NCBI GenBank assembly: GCA_026646655.1
Contig: JAPKHT010000001.1
Location: 73,775-137,774, forward strand
Origin: Verrucomicrobiia bacterium
GTDB lineage: Bacteria > Verrucomicrobiota > Verrucomicrobiia > JADLBR01
Length of the DNA: 64,000 bases
Direction of reading: 5' to 3'
This document shows, one piece after another, positions 45,109-55,034 of this stretch. The notes under the pieces are model-generated. The model was not told where the DNA came from, ran no database searches, and saw only the letters and a program-made list of their open reading frames with translations. Every line of letters begins with the position of its first letter. The stretch's first letter is position 1. The position numbers and the translations under genes are program-made.

Positions 45109-48100
45109 ATGGGCGAAATCCCGCGGCCTCTATCGGTCGCGATTTTGCTGTTTGCGTTGGCCGCGACGCGCGATGCGCGGGGCGCGGCGGCCCTGCCGAT
45201 ATCGGCGATGCCGCACGTCGGCGACTACACGCACATGTGGTGGGCGGAGGGATTTCCGGGGCACACGCCGGAGGCGCCGTGGCGCCGGGTCATCCAGACG
45301 GGGCGCTACGCGGTGGCGCTGGACACGGAGACGATGCGTGTCCCGCACCTGGGCCCGGTTCCGCCGGGCACGGGCTATTCGGAGTGCGCGGGCGCAGACA
45401 ACCGCGCGTGGGGCGGTCTCCCGGCCGCCGATCTCGCGCTCGCCATCGCGGTTGAGGGAAAGACCTACCGGTGCGCGCGCGGCGGCAAGTGGTCCGCTTT
45501 CGGTGGACCGCGACTGGTCGAGTCGGGCCGATTCCTGCAGCGCGCGGACGTCACCGGGCTGGTGTTTGCCGCCGAGGACGGATCCCCTCTGAACGTCGAG
45601 GCGCGATTCGAGACGGTGGCATGGCCCGATCGCCTGGCGCTGATCCTCGCGGCGCGCCCGGGGCTGATGCCGATCCCCGCGGGCGAGGCGTGTTTCGGGC
45701 GCGTCGGGGGTGGGTTCGGGCTGGATGGGACGAACCACCTCGAGATCCCGCATGCCCCGGAACTGGATCCGGCGCGATTCACGCTGGAATTGTGGGCCTT
45801 TGTCCCCACCGATTGCCAGGCTTCGGAGAAGACCTTCCCGTGGTTGGTCTGCAAGAATCGTCACGAGCAGGCTGAGGGCAATTACGGCATCGTGATCTTG
45901 GGCGGCGCGCCACAGGCGAGGATGAACATCGGCGGCGGCCGTGAGAATGCGTTCACCGTGGACGGCCGGCCCGGGCAACTGAAGATCGAGGCATGGAACC
46001 ATCTGGCGATGAGCTACGATGGAGAGACGCTGCGGTTATACGTCAACGGGGCGCCGTCCGGTGAGCGCAGGATCGGGCGCAGTCGCGTGCCCGGCCGCGA
46101 CGGGCTGGCCTTTGGACGAAGGCAGGACAACTGCGGCGACGGCTACCACTTTCGCGGGGCGATCGACGAGGTCCGATTCTATGACCGCGCGCTCGGCGCC
46201 GACGAGGTGCGCGCGCGTTACCAGAGGCCCGAGGCGGCGTCCCCGTCGATGAGGCCGATCCGCGAGTGGTCCTTCCGCTCGGATGGCCGGGCGGCTCCGT
46301 CGAAACCGCGCGAGGCGTGGCGCGATGCCTCCATGGAGATATGCCTGAACGCCGGCAAGGGGGACGCGCGCGGGCGCTGGGATCTGCCACCAGGGCAGCC
46401 GTGGGAATCGGGAGATTGGAGGGAGGTGTTCGTGGCGCTGGATTGGGACGATCCGGGCGCGACGACCAGCGGTTGGGCGAGGAAGTTGATCCATGGGTTG
46501 CGCGGGATGTTTCCGGCCGGTTCGGGGGACGCGACGCCGCGGCCCTTGCGCGTCGAGGCCAGCGAGATCCCCGGCGGTGCGCCGCAGCCGGTGGATTTCG
46601 ACGTGGCGCGCGGCTGGCATCGGGTGAACCTCGATGGCATCGAGCCCACCGTGCCGCCTGGCGATGGGCGCGACAGGCGGAATGACGCCATCGAGAGAGT
46701 GGGGCTGGTGCTATCGAACCCCGCCGACCACGGGCAGGTCGCCAGGCTGATGTTCGAGAAGACCTCGGGTGGCATCCGCCAGCGCATCGGTGCGGCGATC
46801 ACCGGCGTGTCCGCCGTCCTGCGCGATCGCGATGGTTGCCCCACGGGCATCCCGGTGCAACTGAGTAAGAATTGGCACGGGCGACCCGAGGGCGGGGTGT
46901 ATTCGGGCCAATGGTTCCACGGGATCTCGCAGGTGCGCGTGCCGCCGCGGGCCAAGTTGGAACTGGAGCTGACGATCGCGTACGGGCACTGGGGTGGCGT
47001 GGCCGCCGCATCGCACGCTCAGCTCTGTCTCATCGGCTGGGGCAGCAACCAGCTCTGGGACCAGAGCGCGCTGGGATCCTGGGGCGAGAGCATCTGCTAC
47101 GAGCCCGATCAGGCGCAGGGCCAGTGCGCCATCCTCGACGTGCGGCCCGTGATGGTCCGCTCGAGGGCCAACGACGCCCCCTGGTCCTGGACGCACAACG
47201 TGGGCGGCGGTGACTTCTTCAGGTTTTTCGATCCCTCCGGCAAGCGCGTATTCCCCGCCCGCATGCGCACCGCGTACGAGCGCCATGGGCCGTGCTTGAC
47301 CGAGGTCACCTACGCGGGGCAGACCGGCGATGCCATCGGGCACGCCGCCACCGTCAGCCTCGCCCGGACCGACGACGTCGTGCGCGGCACGTACCGCTTG
47401 CGCCTGGATGTGAGAGAGGCAATCGAGTTTTCGCGTTTCGTACTATTCCAGATCGGCGCCGACACCTACAGCTATACGGGGGAGCGCAAGATGGCGCTGG
47501 GCAATGTCGGGGGCCTGATCCGCGAGTGGCAGACCCGATGGGGCGAGGACGAGTACCGCACGGAACCCATGGAGTGCGCCGGGCGGATGCCCTGGGTGTC
47601 GCTGCACGAGGCGGTGCGGCGCGGCGACGAGGGCTCGAGCGGAGCCTGGGCCAACCGCGGCTTCGTCATCCGATCCTGGGATGCCCGCCTCGGTGGCAAG
47701 GGTGCGGCGCCGTATGTCGCCGAGCGCGGCGTCAGGGCCCGCGGCCACGATACCTCGACCATCGACATCCTTCCACCGCCGGGCCTCACCCGACTGGAGC
47801 CCGGGGACTTTGTCGAGGCGACGATCGAGCACATCATCGTGCCCCAGTTCGCCGCGGACTATTACGGCCCCAGCGAGGCGCTGCGCGCCGCGCTGAAGGA
47901 GGGGGAGAACACGTGGCGCATGATCCATCGCGAGGCCGCGGGCAACGACCGGCGCGTCAGGGTCAAGGTCGGCGCGCTCGAGGCGCTATATCCCGCGGTG
48001 CGTTTGCGCGCGGAGCGCGACCGGGCGGAATTGACGCTCGACGGCGGCCTTGGTTATGTGCCGATCACGTTCACAGGTCTCGGGGCGCCGCGCGGATACA

Positions 48101-48258
48101 CGCTCCTCCAAAACGGGCAACCCGTGGATCAGTCCGTCCACGGCAACGACTTCTGGCAGGCCGACTACGATCCCGCCTCGCGGACCTGGCAGATGACGGT
48201 CAACGTGCTGGTCGGCGAAGGCGGGGCGGGCGCGCTCCGGCTTGAGCGGACCCCGTGA
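45109..48258 (+). CDS. large secreted hypothetical protein (1049 aa) with LamG/concanavalin-like domain
   Basis: Signal peptide MGEIPRPLSVAILLFALAATRDARGA; LamG-like block (LDGTNHLEIPHAPELDPARFTLELWAFV...LAMSYDGETLRLYVNG...FRGAIDEVRFYDRAL). Confidence 0.7.
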   Translation: MGEIPRPLSVAILLFALAATRDARGAAALPISAMPHVGDYTHMWWAEGFPGHTPEAPWRRVIQTGRYAVALDTETMRVPHLGPVPPGTGYSECAGADNRAWGGLPAADLALAIAVEGKTYRCARGGKWSAFGGPRLVESGRFLQRADVTGLVFAAEDGSPLNVEARFETVAWPDRLALILAARPGLMPIPAGEACFGRVGGGFGLDGTNHLEIPHAPELDPARFTLELWAFVPTDCQASEKTFPWLVCKNRHEQAEGNYGIVILGGAPQARMNIGGGRENAFTVDGRPGQLKIEAWNHLAMSYDGETLRLYVNGAPSGERRIGRSRVPGRDGLAFGRRQDNCGDGYHFRGAIDEVRFYDRALGADEVRARYQRPEAASPSMRPIREWSFRSDGRAAPSKPREAWRDASMEICLNAGKGDARGRWDLPPGQPWESGDWREVFVALDWDDPGATTSGWARKLIHGLRGMFPAGSGDATPRPLRVEASEIPGGAPQPVDFDVARGWHRVNLDGIEPTVPPGDGRDRRNDAIERVGLVLSNPADHGQVARLMFEKTSGGIRQRIGAAITGVSAVLRDRDGCPTGIPVQLSKNWHGRPEGGVYSGQWFHGISQVRVPPRAKLELELTIAYGHWGGVAAASHAQLCLIGWGSNQLWDQSALGSWGESICYEPDQAQGQCAILDVRPVMVRSRANDAPWSWTHNVGGGDFFRFFDPSGKRVFPARMRTAYERHGPCLTEVTYAGQTGDAIGHAATVSLARTDDVVRGTYRLRLDVREAIEFSRFVLFQIGADTYSYTGERKMALGNVGGLIREWQTRWGEDEYRTEPMECAGRMPWVSLHEAVRRGDEGSSGAWANRGFVIRSWDARLGGKGAAPYVAERGVRARGHDTSTIDILPPPGLTRLEPGDFVEATIEHIIVPQFAADYYGPSEALRAALKEGENTWRMIHREAAGNDRRVRVKVGALEALYPAVRLRAERDRAELTLDGGLGYVPITFTGLGAPRGYTLLQNGQPVDQSVHGNDFWQADYDPASRTWQMTVNVLVGEGGAGALRLERTP

Positions 48259-48299
48259 GGGTCCCGCGATTGGACATCGGCCCGCCGATCCAGTAGGAT

Positions 48300-49133
48300 A
48301 TGCTCATGGTCGGACTCGAGTGTTTGGCCGCCATCGAAAGCTTTCCCCAGTGGGTCCTCTATCTTTGCGGGTCGCTCGCCGTCTTGGTCCTGGGCAGTTT
48401 CATCATCCTTGCGGTGAAGACTTGGGAGCAGATCCGGCCTAGCCAGGAGGAGATCAGGGAGCGAGAGTCGAGGCGCGCGCTGAAGTTGAAGGGATCTCTG
48501 GTGGTACACCCCCCGCATCGGCCGGTGGTGGAGAATTCGTTGGTCCCTGCATTCAGGCAGGCGGGGCTGGGTCTCTGCATGCCACTCATGGAGACGCACC
48601 CGTTCATTTATCCGAGCGGGGAAGAGAGCGAGAAGATCGATCTCACGAAACTCATCATGCGTCTGCTTCATGATGGGCGGCTCGTCGTTCACGAGACCCA
48701 CGATGGAAGACTGATAATCAGCCACCGCGATCTGGAGAACATGGTTCTGGGCGTGGTGCTCGATCCCATTGCCGGATCCGAGGGGGCCTGGCGAGCGTGC
48801 GTCGAACAGTTTGGCCCGGGTTCCTTGGACGAGTACGCCGAGATGACCGCCGTGGGTGACAAGTACGCCAACGAATGGGTTTTCTCCTTTGCTCCGATAT
48901 TCGCGGTGATGGTGGCGGCGGGCCACCATGGGGTATGGGCTGGACCCGTGCCATGGGGCGCGATCGCGCTGACCCTCTGCGCCATCGGGGGGCTCGGCGC
49001 GCTGATCTCTGCGCGCGCCAGAGGCCTGTCGAGCATCGCCAAGTCCGACGGCGTCCTGGGTGCCCGGTTTGAGGCCGGCGTCGCCGCACCGTCGCGTGAG
49101 TCGCGGGCGCTGCAACCCCGCGTGGACGCATGA
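48300..49133 (+). CDS. hypothetical membrane protein (3 predicted TM segments), lower-GC gene
   Basis: TM-like stretches WVLYLCGSLAVLVLGSFIILAV, WVFSFAPIFAVMVAAGHHGVW, WGAIALTLCAIGGLGALISA; the first ~500 nt are visibly more AT-rich than the surroundings; stop overlaps the ATG of the CE4 gene (ATGA). Confidence 0.55.
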   Translation: MLMVGLECLAAIESFPQWVLYLCGSLAVLVLGSFIILAVKTWEQIRPSQEEIRERESRRALKLKGSLVVHPPHRPVVENSLVPAFRQAGLGLCMPLMETHPFIYPSGEESEKIDLTKLIMRLLHDGRLVVHETHDGRLIISHRDLENMVLGVVLDPIAGSEGAWRACVEQFGPGSLDEYAEMTAVGDKYANEWVFSFAPIFAVMVAAGHHGVWAGPVPWGAIALTLCAIGGLGALISARARGLSSIAKSDGVLGARFEAGVAAPSRESRALQPRVDA

Positions 49134-50497
49134 GCCTCCGGGTTGGAATACCGGTTGTTGTTGCGCTGACCGCTGGCCCGTGCGTGTCCGGCGGCGTCGA
49201 TCTGGGGGGCGTGACGGTATCGCTCGAGGCCTATCATGGCCCCGCGAGCGTCACGGCAGAGATCGAGGCGCCATTCCGGCTGCGCCTGGCGGTGCATCCC
49301 GCGGAGGAGAAGGGGGCGTTGGCGATCCGCGTGGCCTTGCCGAAGACCGGTCCCCGGGCGTGGCCCGCAGAGGATGTCGAGGTGCGTGACTCGCGGGGCG
49401 AGGCGATGATGGTGCGGCGCGCCGGCATCGAATGGTCCACGCTTGTGATCCCCGTGCCCGCCACCGCGGCGGCGTACGTGGTCCAGGCCGTGGGCCCGGC
49501 GCCGAAGCGAGCCCCGGGGCCGCCCGACAGCGCGCGGGTCATCATGGATGACGCCACCGGCCTGCGCCTTGGCATCGCGAGATGGTACGACGGCCGGAAG
49601 GCCGCGCTGAGCATCCGTTTCGATGACTCGCATCCCACGCATCTGACCGCGGCCGCGCCCATCTTGCGCGAGTATGGTTTCCGCGGCACGTTCATGGTCA
49701 ATCCCGGGGCCGCAGAGCCGGGGAGCAGGAGGCGCTCCAATTTTGCCGAGCGCGCGTCGGAGTGGGCGGCCTTGGCCCAACAGGGTGATCACGAGCTGGC
49801 CAACCACACGGCCCACCATCGAGGCGCCAAGGGCGACGAAGAGATGGAGGCGGAAATCGGCGATGCGGCGCGCGCCATCTGGGCGATGACGCCCGGGAAG
49901 AGCAAGCTCATGGCGCTCAATCTGGGCGGCGGCACCTTCTGGGAGACAACCCGCACCCTGCGCTACTATCTCGACAAGTACCACCAGTTCGATGCCTCCG
50001 GTAATTCCACGGGCATGGATGACAGCTATGGGGATCGCGTCGGCAATTTCCGCCGGATGCTGGAGCAGCATGTGGAGCGCGGCCTTTGGTTGCGCGTCCA
50101 CTACCACTACATTGGCGAAGGGCTCAGCAGCAGCGAGGCAAACTTCCGCGCCGCCCTGGACGTTGCCAAGGCACACCGGTCGGCCCTGTGGGTCGCCGGC
50201 ATGGCAGATATCCACAAATACCAGACCGGGCGCGATTCTGCGCGATTGACTCTCCTCGGATCTAGCGCCACTCGCCTCGAATTTCGCATCGCCCCCCAAA
50301 CCGACCACGAACTCTACGATCATCCGCTGACCCTGGAGATGACGCGCGCGGGAGCGCTGGATGCGACCCGGGTGGCGGTTAAAGACGCGGGCGGACAGGC
50401 CGTCCCGGTTCGCGCCGGCGATGGCGCGGGCGACGCCGTCCTGCGGTTCGACGTGGCCCCGCGCGAGGCGGCTTACTCCATCGAGATCAAACCCTGA
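49130..50497 (+). CDS. CE4 polysaccharide deacetylase (NodB-homology domain)
   Basis: RWYDGRKAALSIRFDDSHPTHL (TFDDG-type motif), GFRGTFMVN, ANHTAHH (HxxH motif). Confidence 0.75.
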   Translation: MSLRVGIPVVVALTAGPCVSGGVDLGGVTVSLEAYHGPASVTAEIEAPFRLRLAVHPAEEKGALAIRVALPKTGPRAWPAEDVEVRDSRGEAMMVRRAGIEWSTLVIPVPATAAAYVVQAVGPAPKRAPGPPDSARVIMDDATGLRLGIARWYDGRKAALSIRFDDSHPTHLTAAAPILREYGFRGTFMVNPGAAEPGSRRRSNFAERASEWAALAQQGDHELANHTAHHRGAKGDEEMEAEIGDAARAIWAMTPGKSKLMALNLGGGTFWETTRTLRYYLDKYHQFDASGNSTGMDDSYGDRVGNFRRMLEQHVERGLWLRVHYHYIGEGLSSSEANFRAALDVAKAHRSALWVAGMADIHKYQTGRDSARLTLLGSSATRLEFRIAPQTDHELYDHPLTLEMTRAGALDATRVAVKDAGGQAVPVRAGDGAGDAVLRFDVAPREAAYSIEIKP

Positions 50498-50535
50498 CCC
50501 GAAAATTGCCCATCGCCTCCCGTAGCCGAGCGCGT
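50489..50535 (+). repeat. 3' hairpin module copy (CCGAAAATTGCCCATCGCCTCCCGTAGCCGAGCGCGTGAGCGTTTGG)
   Basis: Begins at the stop of the CE4 gene; the a->g change in the stem is compensated by a G-U wobble. Confidence 0.6.
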
Positions 50536-50670
50536 GAGCGTTTGGCCAAAGCCTCTCGGCTTCGGATACATTCACGGCCCCGGCGGCGCCCCCGACGCGG
50601 AGGGGATTTCGCGCATGCGCGCGAAATTTGCAGGCTAGACCCTGGATCCGAAGGCATCCATGTTCTTGCA

Positions 50671-53106
50671 ATGGGCCGGGAGCCGGACTTTGGGCCCGCG
50701 GGGTGCAGCGCGCGGGCGGATGTGGCCATCACACGCCGCCACTCCGCGGGTGTCGCGGCGGCGACGGTGGCGCTGTGGCTGGTGCCCAACATGGCGCCCT
50801 GCGCGGCCGCATCGCAGCCGATGACGGACGTCTGCGCCGGAATGTACCGCGCCGCCGTGGAAAGGGCCATGGCGGAGACCGCCGCGCCGAAGAAGGCCCG
50901 CGCGAGCGACGAGATCAGCGGGGCACTCGCGGCTTGGATGGTGGCCGAGCGGACGAAGGAAGAGAAGTTTCGGGCTTTCGCGCTGGGGCGGTATGACGCG
51001 TTCCTCGGGTTGACGATCGATCACGATTTTCACGTCAGCCGACCCTTTGGCCTGCTGACGCTGAGGCTGCAGCGGGCGGGCGCGCTGGTGGGCGAGCGGC
51101 GGGCACGGGCGGTCGCGCAGGCCGGCGAGCGGATCGCGTGGTTCCTGGACAAGCGGCAGTTCGACGAGAAGCTCTTCGATTGCAACATCGCGCTGGCCGA
51201 TACCCTCGCGGTGTCCTGCCTTGCCCGGGCCTTTCCCGACGACCCATCGGTGCGCGCCGCGGAGATACGCGGGGCCGTGGCCGCGCTCGGGAAGCGCATC
51301 CTCGCGAATGGCGACCTCAATGAGAACGCCAGCAATTACGCCAGCCTGGGGATCTGCTTTTTCCTCGAACTGGCGAAACTGGAGGGCTGGCTGGACGAGG
51401 TCGGCAAGTCGCCGCATTTCCGGAACATGTTCGCGCGGATGCGCGACCTGATCTCGCCCGTCGGCTCGATCCCTGAATACGGGGATGGCTACTTCGAGCA
51501 TCGGCAGATCCGGCTGGATTTCGTGCTCTTGCTGGAGATGGCGGCGCGGCTCTACAACGATGCGTCGTTCCAAGAGGCGGTGCGGCGGCTCCCGGGCACC
51601 GCCCCGCAGGGGTTGGACGAGGATCAATTGCACCGCGGCTACATGCTCCTGGATCTCGATCCCTTTGCGCCCATGGCACGCTCCGAGCCGATGCTCTCCG
51701 GGGTACAGCACCGCCGCGTGCCGGGATCGCCCGCCACGGTCGTGCCGGACAAGCTGATCCTAAGGACGGGGTCGAGGCCCGGCGACGCGATGATCATGAT
51801 GGATCTCTACGCCCTGGGCAGCCACGCCCACGAATACAAGCGCCCGTCCATCGCGTACTATGAGGTGGCCGGCGTCCCTCTGTTCCACAACATCGGTCGC
51901 CGCGGCACCCGCTCGGGCCAGTGCGGCAATAGCTTCTGGATCCTTGATCGGCCCGAAGCCTTTCCCGGATATCCCAGGACCAACGCCTGGAACACCATGG
52001 CCGTGCCAGCCGATTATTGCTTCCCAGGCCAGGATCCAGGCTCGCGCAAGATTGGACCCTCCTTGCTCTTTCGGAATTTTCGCACGCCCGAGATCCAATT
52101 TCTTCGGCTCGACAACCTCCGGCTCGAGGGGCCAAAGGGCATCCTGCTGCTGGATGGCTTCGAGTCGCCCAAGAGCTGGCACTCGAACGTGTCCGGGCAC
52201 CCGAGGGTGAAACTGGCGTCCAGCCAGGACCACACGCAGGGGAAATGCTCGCAGGAGGTGAACTGGAATATCTTTGGCGAGCAGTACTGCACGCGCCTGC
52301 TGGAACAGGAGAAATTGCGCGACACGACCTTCCGGTTGGCTGATTACGATACTATCAAACTAGATTATAAATTTGACGGGCAGCCACCACATTGCAACCT
52401 CCGCTCCCTCTTCGAGCGGTGGATCGACCTCGGCGATCGGCCGCTGCATTGCGAGGTGGTCCGCGCGGAGGCCAAACAGGACGGGGCGGACGCGTGGGGC
52501 CGGGTTTCCTTCTCGGATTATATCAGGCCGGGCAACGCGCTGGAGCGGCAGATCGTCCTGACCCGCGAAGGGGCGTTGGTGGTGGTGGACACCTTCCGGG
52601 CCGGGCCGGGCGTCGCGGGCTGGGCGGGGGGGCAGCTCTGGCAGTTGTACTCGGTGAAAGAGCGCGGTGATGACTGGTTTGCCTCCGGGTCGGATGGCGC
52701 CTACGCACAACCCGATGGCTCGACCTCGGAGCGACGGATGCTGGTCAAGTTCATGAAGGCCCCGGGGCTGGCCATCGGCGCGGAGCGCGTCCGGCCCACG
52801 ACGATGCACGCGCCCAGGGCCGACGGCTCGAAAAACGAGGAGTTTTTCACGGCGCAATGCAGGGCAGCGCTGGTGCCCGGGCGGCGCATGGTCGCGGCCA
52901 TGGCCGTGCTGCCCTTGGCGGCCGACGACGATGCGGCGCGACAAGCGGCCCGCGTCACGTTCGAGGATCGGGCCGGCGGGGGCGTGACGGTGACCATCGC
53001 GTCGCCCGACGGAAAGGGGCAGGTCATCGTGGGCGCCGGTGGCCATGTGGTCGACATCCGCCGCCCCGAGCCGCCGCCGCACGCGCCAGCCGAGCAAGGC
53101 AGATGA
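50671..53106 (+). CDS. heparinase II/III-like polysaccharide lyase (alpha-toroid + beta-sandwich); start uncertain
   Basis: LYALGSHAHEYKRPSIAYYEVAGVPLF resembles the heparinase_II_III GHGHAD block; helical N-terminal half; alternative GTG start at 50724 gives a Tat-like leader ITRRHSAGVAAATVALWLV; the ORF-track start at 50506 lies inside the repeat element. Confidence 0.55.
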   Translation: MGREPDFGPAGCSARADVAITRRHSAGVAAATVALWLVPNMAPCAAASQPMTDVCAGMYRAAVERAMAETAAPKKARASDEISGALAAWMVAERTKEEKFRAFALGRYDAFLGLTIDHDFHVSRPFGLLTLRLQRAGALVGERRARAVAQAGERIAWFLDKRQFDEKLFDCNIALADTLAVSCLARAFPDDPSVRAAEIRGAVAALGKRILANGDLNENASNYASLGICFFLELAKLEGWLDEVGKSPHFRNMFARMRDLISPVGSIPEYGDGYFEHRQIRLDFVLLLEMAARLYNDASFQEAVRRLPGTAPQGLDEDQLHRGYMLLDLDPFAPMARSEPMLSGVQHRRVPGSPATVVPDKLILRTGSRPGDAMIMMDLYALGSHAHEYKRPSIAYYEVAGVPLFHNIGRRGTRSGQCGNSFWILDRPEAFPGYPRTNAWNTMAVPADYCFPGQDPGSRKIGPSLLFRNFRTPEIQFLRLDNLRLEGPKGILLLDGFESPKSWHSNVSGHPRVKLASSQDHTQGKCSQEVNWNIFGEQYCTRLLEQEKLRDTTFRLADYDTIKLDYKFDGQPPHCNLRSLFERWIDLGDRPLHCEVVRAEAKQDGADAWGRVSFSDYIRPGNALERQIVLTREGALVVVDTFRAGPGVAGWAGGQLWQLYSVKERGDDWFASGSDGAYAQPDGSTSERRMLVKFMKAPGLAIGAERVRPTTMHAPRADGSKNEEFFTAQCRAALVPGRRMVAAMAVLPLAADDDAARQAARVTFEDRAGGGVTVTIASPDGKGQVIVGAGGHVVDIRRPEPPPHAPAEQGR

Positions 53107-54845
53107 ATCCCTGGGTCCACCACCTCACGGTGACGCCCCTGCTGGTGGTCCCGCTGGTCGCAGGAGCGTTCAGTTTTGAGGATCCCGCCGGGCCGCAGTT
53201 CACCGAAGCGGAGAGGCGGCTCCAGCGCGCAAGGGGGACCGGGGTCGTTCCGATGGTGCGAAGGGCCTTTGAGGCGGGCGCCGATTCGGTGGTGATTCCG
53301 CCGGGGGATTACCGCTTCGGCAAAGAGAGCTGGGGCAACGCCGGGCCGATCTATCCTCTGGAGTTTCGCGGCATGAGGCGGGATGCGGCGCATCCTTTCC
53401 GCATCATCGCCGAAGGCGTGACATTCTGGTTTGATCTGCCCGCGGACCAGACGCCGCGGGCGCATTTCGCGCTCGGGTTCGCCGATAGCAGCCACGTCGC
53501 GCTGGAGGGCGCGACCCTCGACCGTGACCCGCGCGGCAACATGGAGGGGCGCATCACGCAGATCGATGATGTCGGCAACCGCATCGAGATCGAGGCCGCC
53601 GAAGGAACGCTCGTGCCGACCAGTTTCAACGGCGATCTGAATCAGCGCCTTGTGCCGTTCAATGCCGACGGCACCTTTTGCACCGCCCTGTATGGGCTGC
53701 AGCGGCGACCGGGCCAACTGAGGTATCGCGATGTCGCCCAGGGCACTGGGCCGGGGCGATACTGGGTGAACCTCGACGAGAAATCCGAGCTGCTGAAGAC
53801 GAATCGGGATCCGGGCTGGCGCCGGGCCTACGGCGAGGCGGGCACGCTGCAGGTCGGGGATGGGCTCTCCCTGGTCTACACGACAACCCAGGCGATCGGC
53901 GTCATCGATTGCACCGGCATGAGGTTCATCGGGATCAAGATCTACATTAGCAAGGGCATGGCGCGCGAGTTCGGCGGAGGGGGTGGTCACCTATGGAAGG
54001 GCTGCTATTTCGGACCACGCCCCGTCACCTGCCAGTGGCAGGGCGCTGACGGTTTTCTCTCGGGCTGCATGGAGAGGGGTTCCACTTATGATGGCATCAC
54101 GATGCTGCATACCACCGATGATGTCTTCAACATAAACGGCTTCTGGGGTTACATCGAGGAGGTGGCGGGGAAGACCATTACCCTGCATAGGGATCACCAA
54201 ATGCCCGCCCGCCCGGGCGATTGGCTAAACTTCTTCGATGGGCAGACCGGCCAACCGGTTGGCGTGGCCTCTGTCGACGGCATCGACGGCCAGGTCCTCA
54301 CCCTGGACCGTGACGCCGTGCCCTTTGCCGGTTCGATCGCCGAAAACCCGGGGCGCCAGTGCGACGGCTGGGTGATCCGTGACAGCGTCTTCACGGATTG
54401 CTACCAGCGACTGCTCGTCCAAGGGGGCAACGGCGGAGTCCTGCGCGATTGCAGATTTGTCCGCGTCGGATCCTGCGTCCGGCTCCACAGCACCTTTTTC
54501 TCCAAAAACGAGGGTGGCATCTGCCGCAACATCTCAATCCTCAACAACACCTTCGAGGATGTGGCGATCCACACTGATGGCGCGACCCTCACTGTGGGTT
54601 TTCAGCCCTTGAACCGCAAAGCCACCGCGCCCCTCCTGACAAATCTCGTCGTACGCGACAACACCTTCATCCATCCCGCGAAGCACGCCGTCGAATTCGA
54701 TCTCGTCGCCGGTGGCGAGATCTCGGGCAATACCTTCCACCGGGGCGGTCCCGAGCCCATCCGGCTCGCTAATTGTACCAACGTCATCGTGCGCGAAAAC
54801 CGGGCCATCCCTGGCCCCCCTGCGTCCGGGCCCGATTCCCCGTAA
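53102..54845 (+). CDS. right-handed beta-helix repeat protein, secreted
   Basis: ATGA overlap with the upstream lyase-like gene; signal peptide MNPWVHHLTVTPLLVVPLVAGA; PbH1-like rungs (NNTFEDVAIHTDGATL, RDNTFIHPAKHAVEF, GNTFHRGG). Confidence 0.75.
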
Positions 54846-55034
54846 AGCGTCGCTGCAGGAGAGGGTCCATGCGTCGCCCTCGACGAGGCGTGCGGGCAAC
54901 CGAAGCTGGGGCCCGGGGGTGAGAGGCCTTCTCGCTCGACCCCTGGCAGGCCCGGGGACTAGGGTATTCCCATGGCACGAGTTGTCTCTTCGGCATCCAC
55001 GGTCGTCATGGACGCTTTGTTCTTGAGGTGGCCG

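Noticed and set aside
50506-50670. TTG-initiated 5' extension of the lyase-like gene
   Set aside because: It starts inside the conserved non-coding hairpin module. The translation (MPIASRSRARERLAKASRLR…) is just the repeat read as protein.
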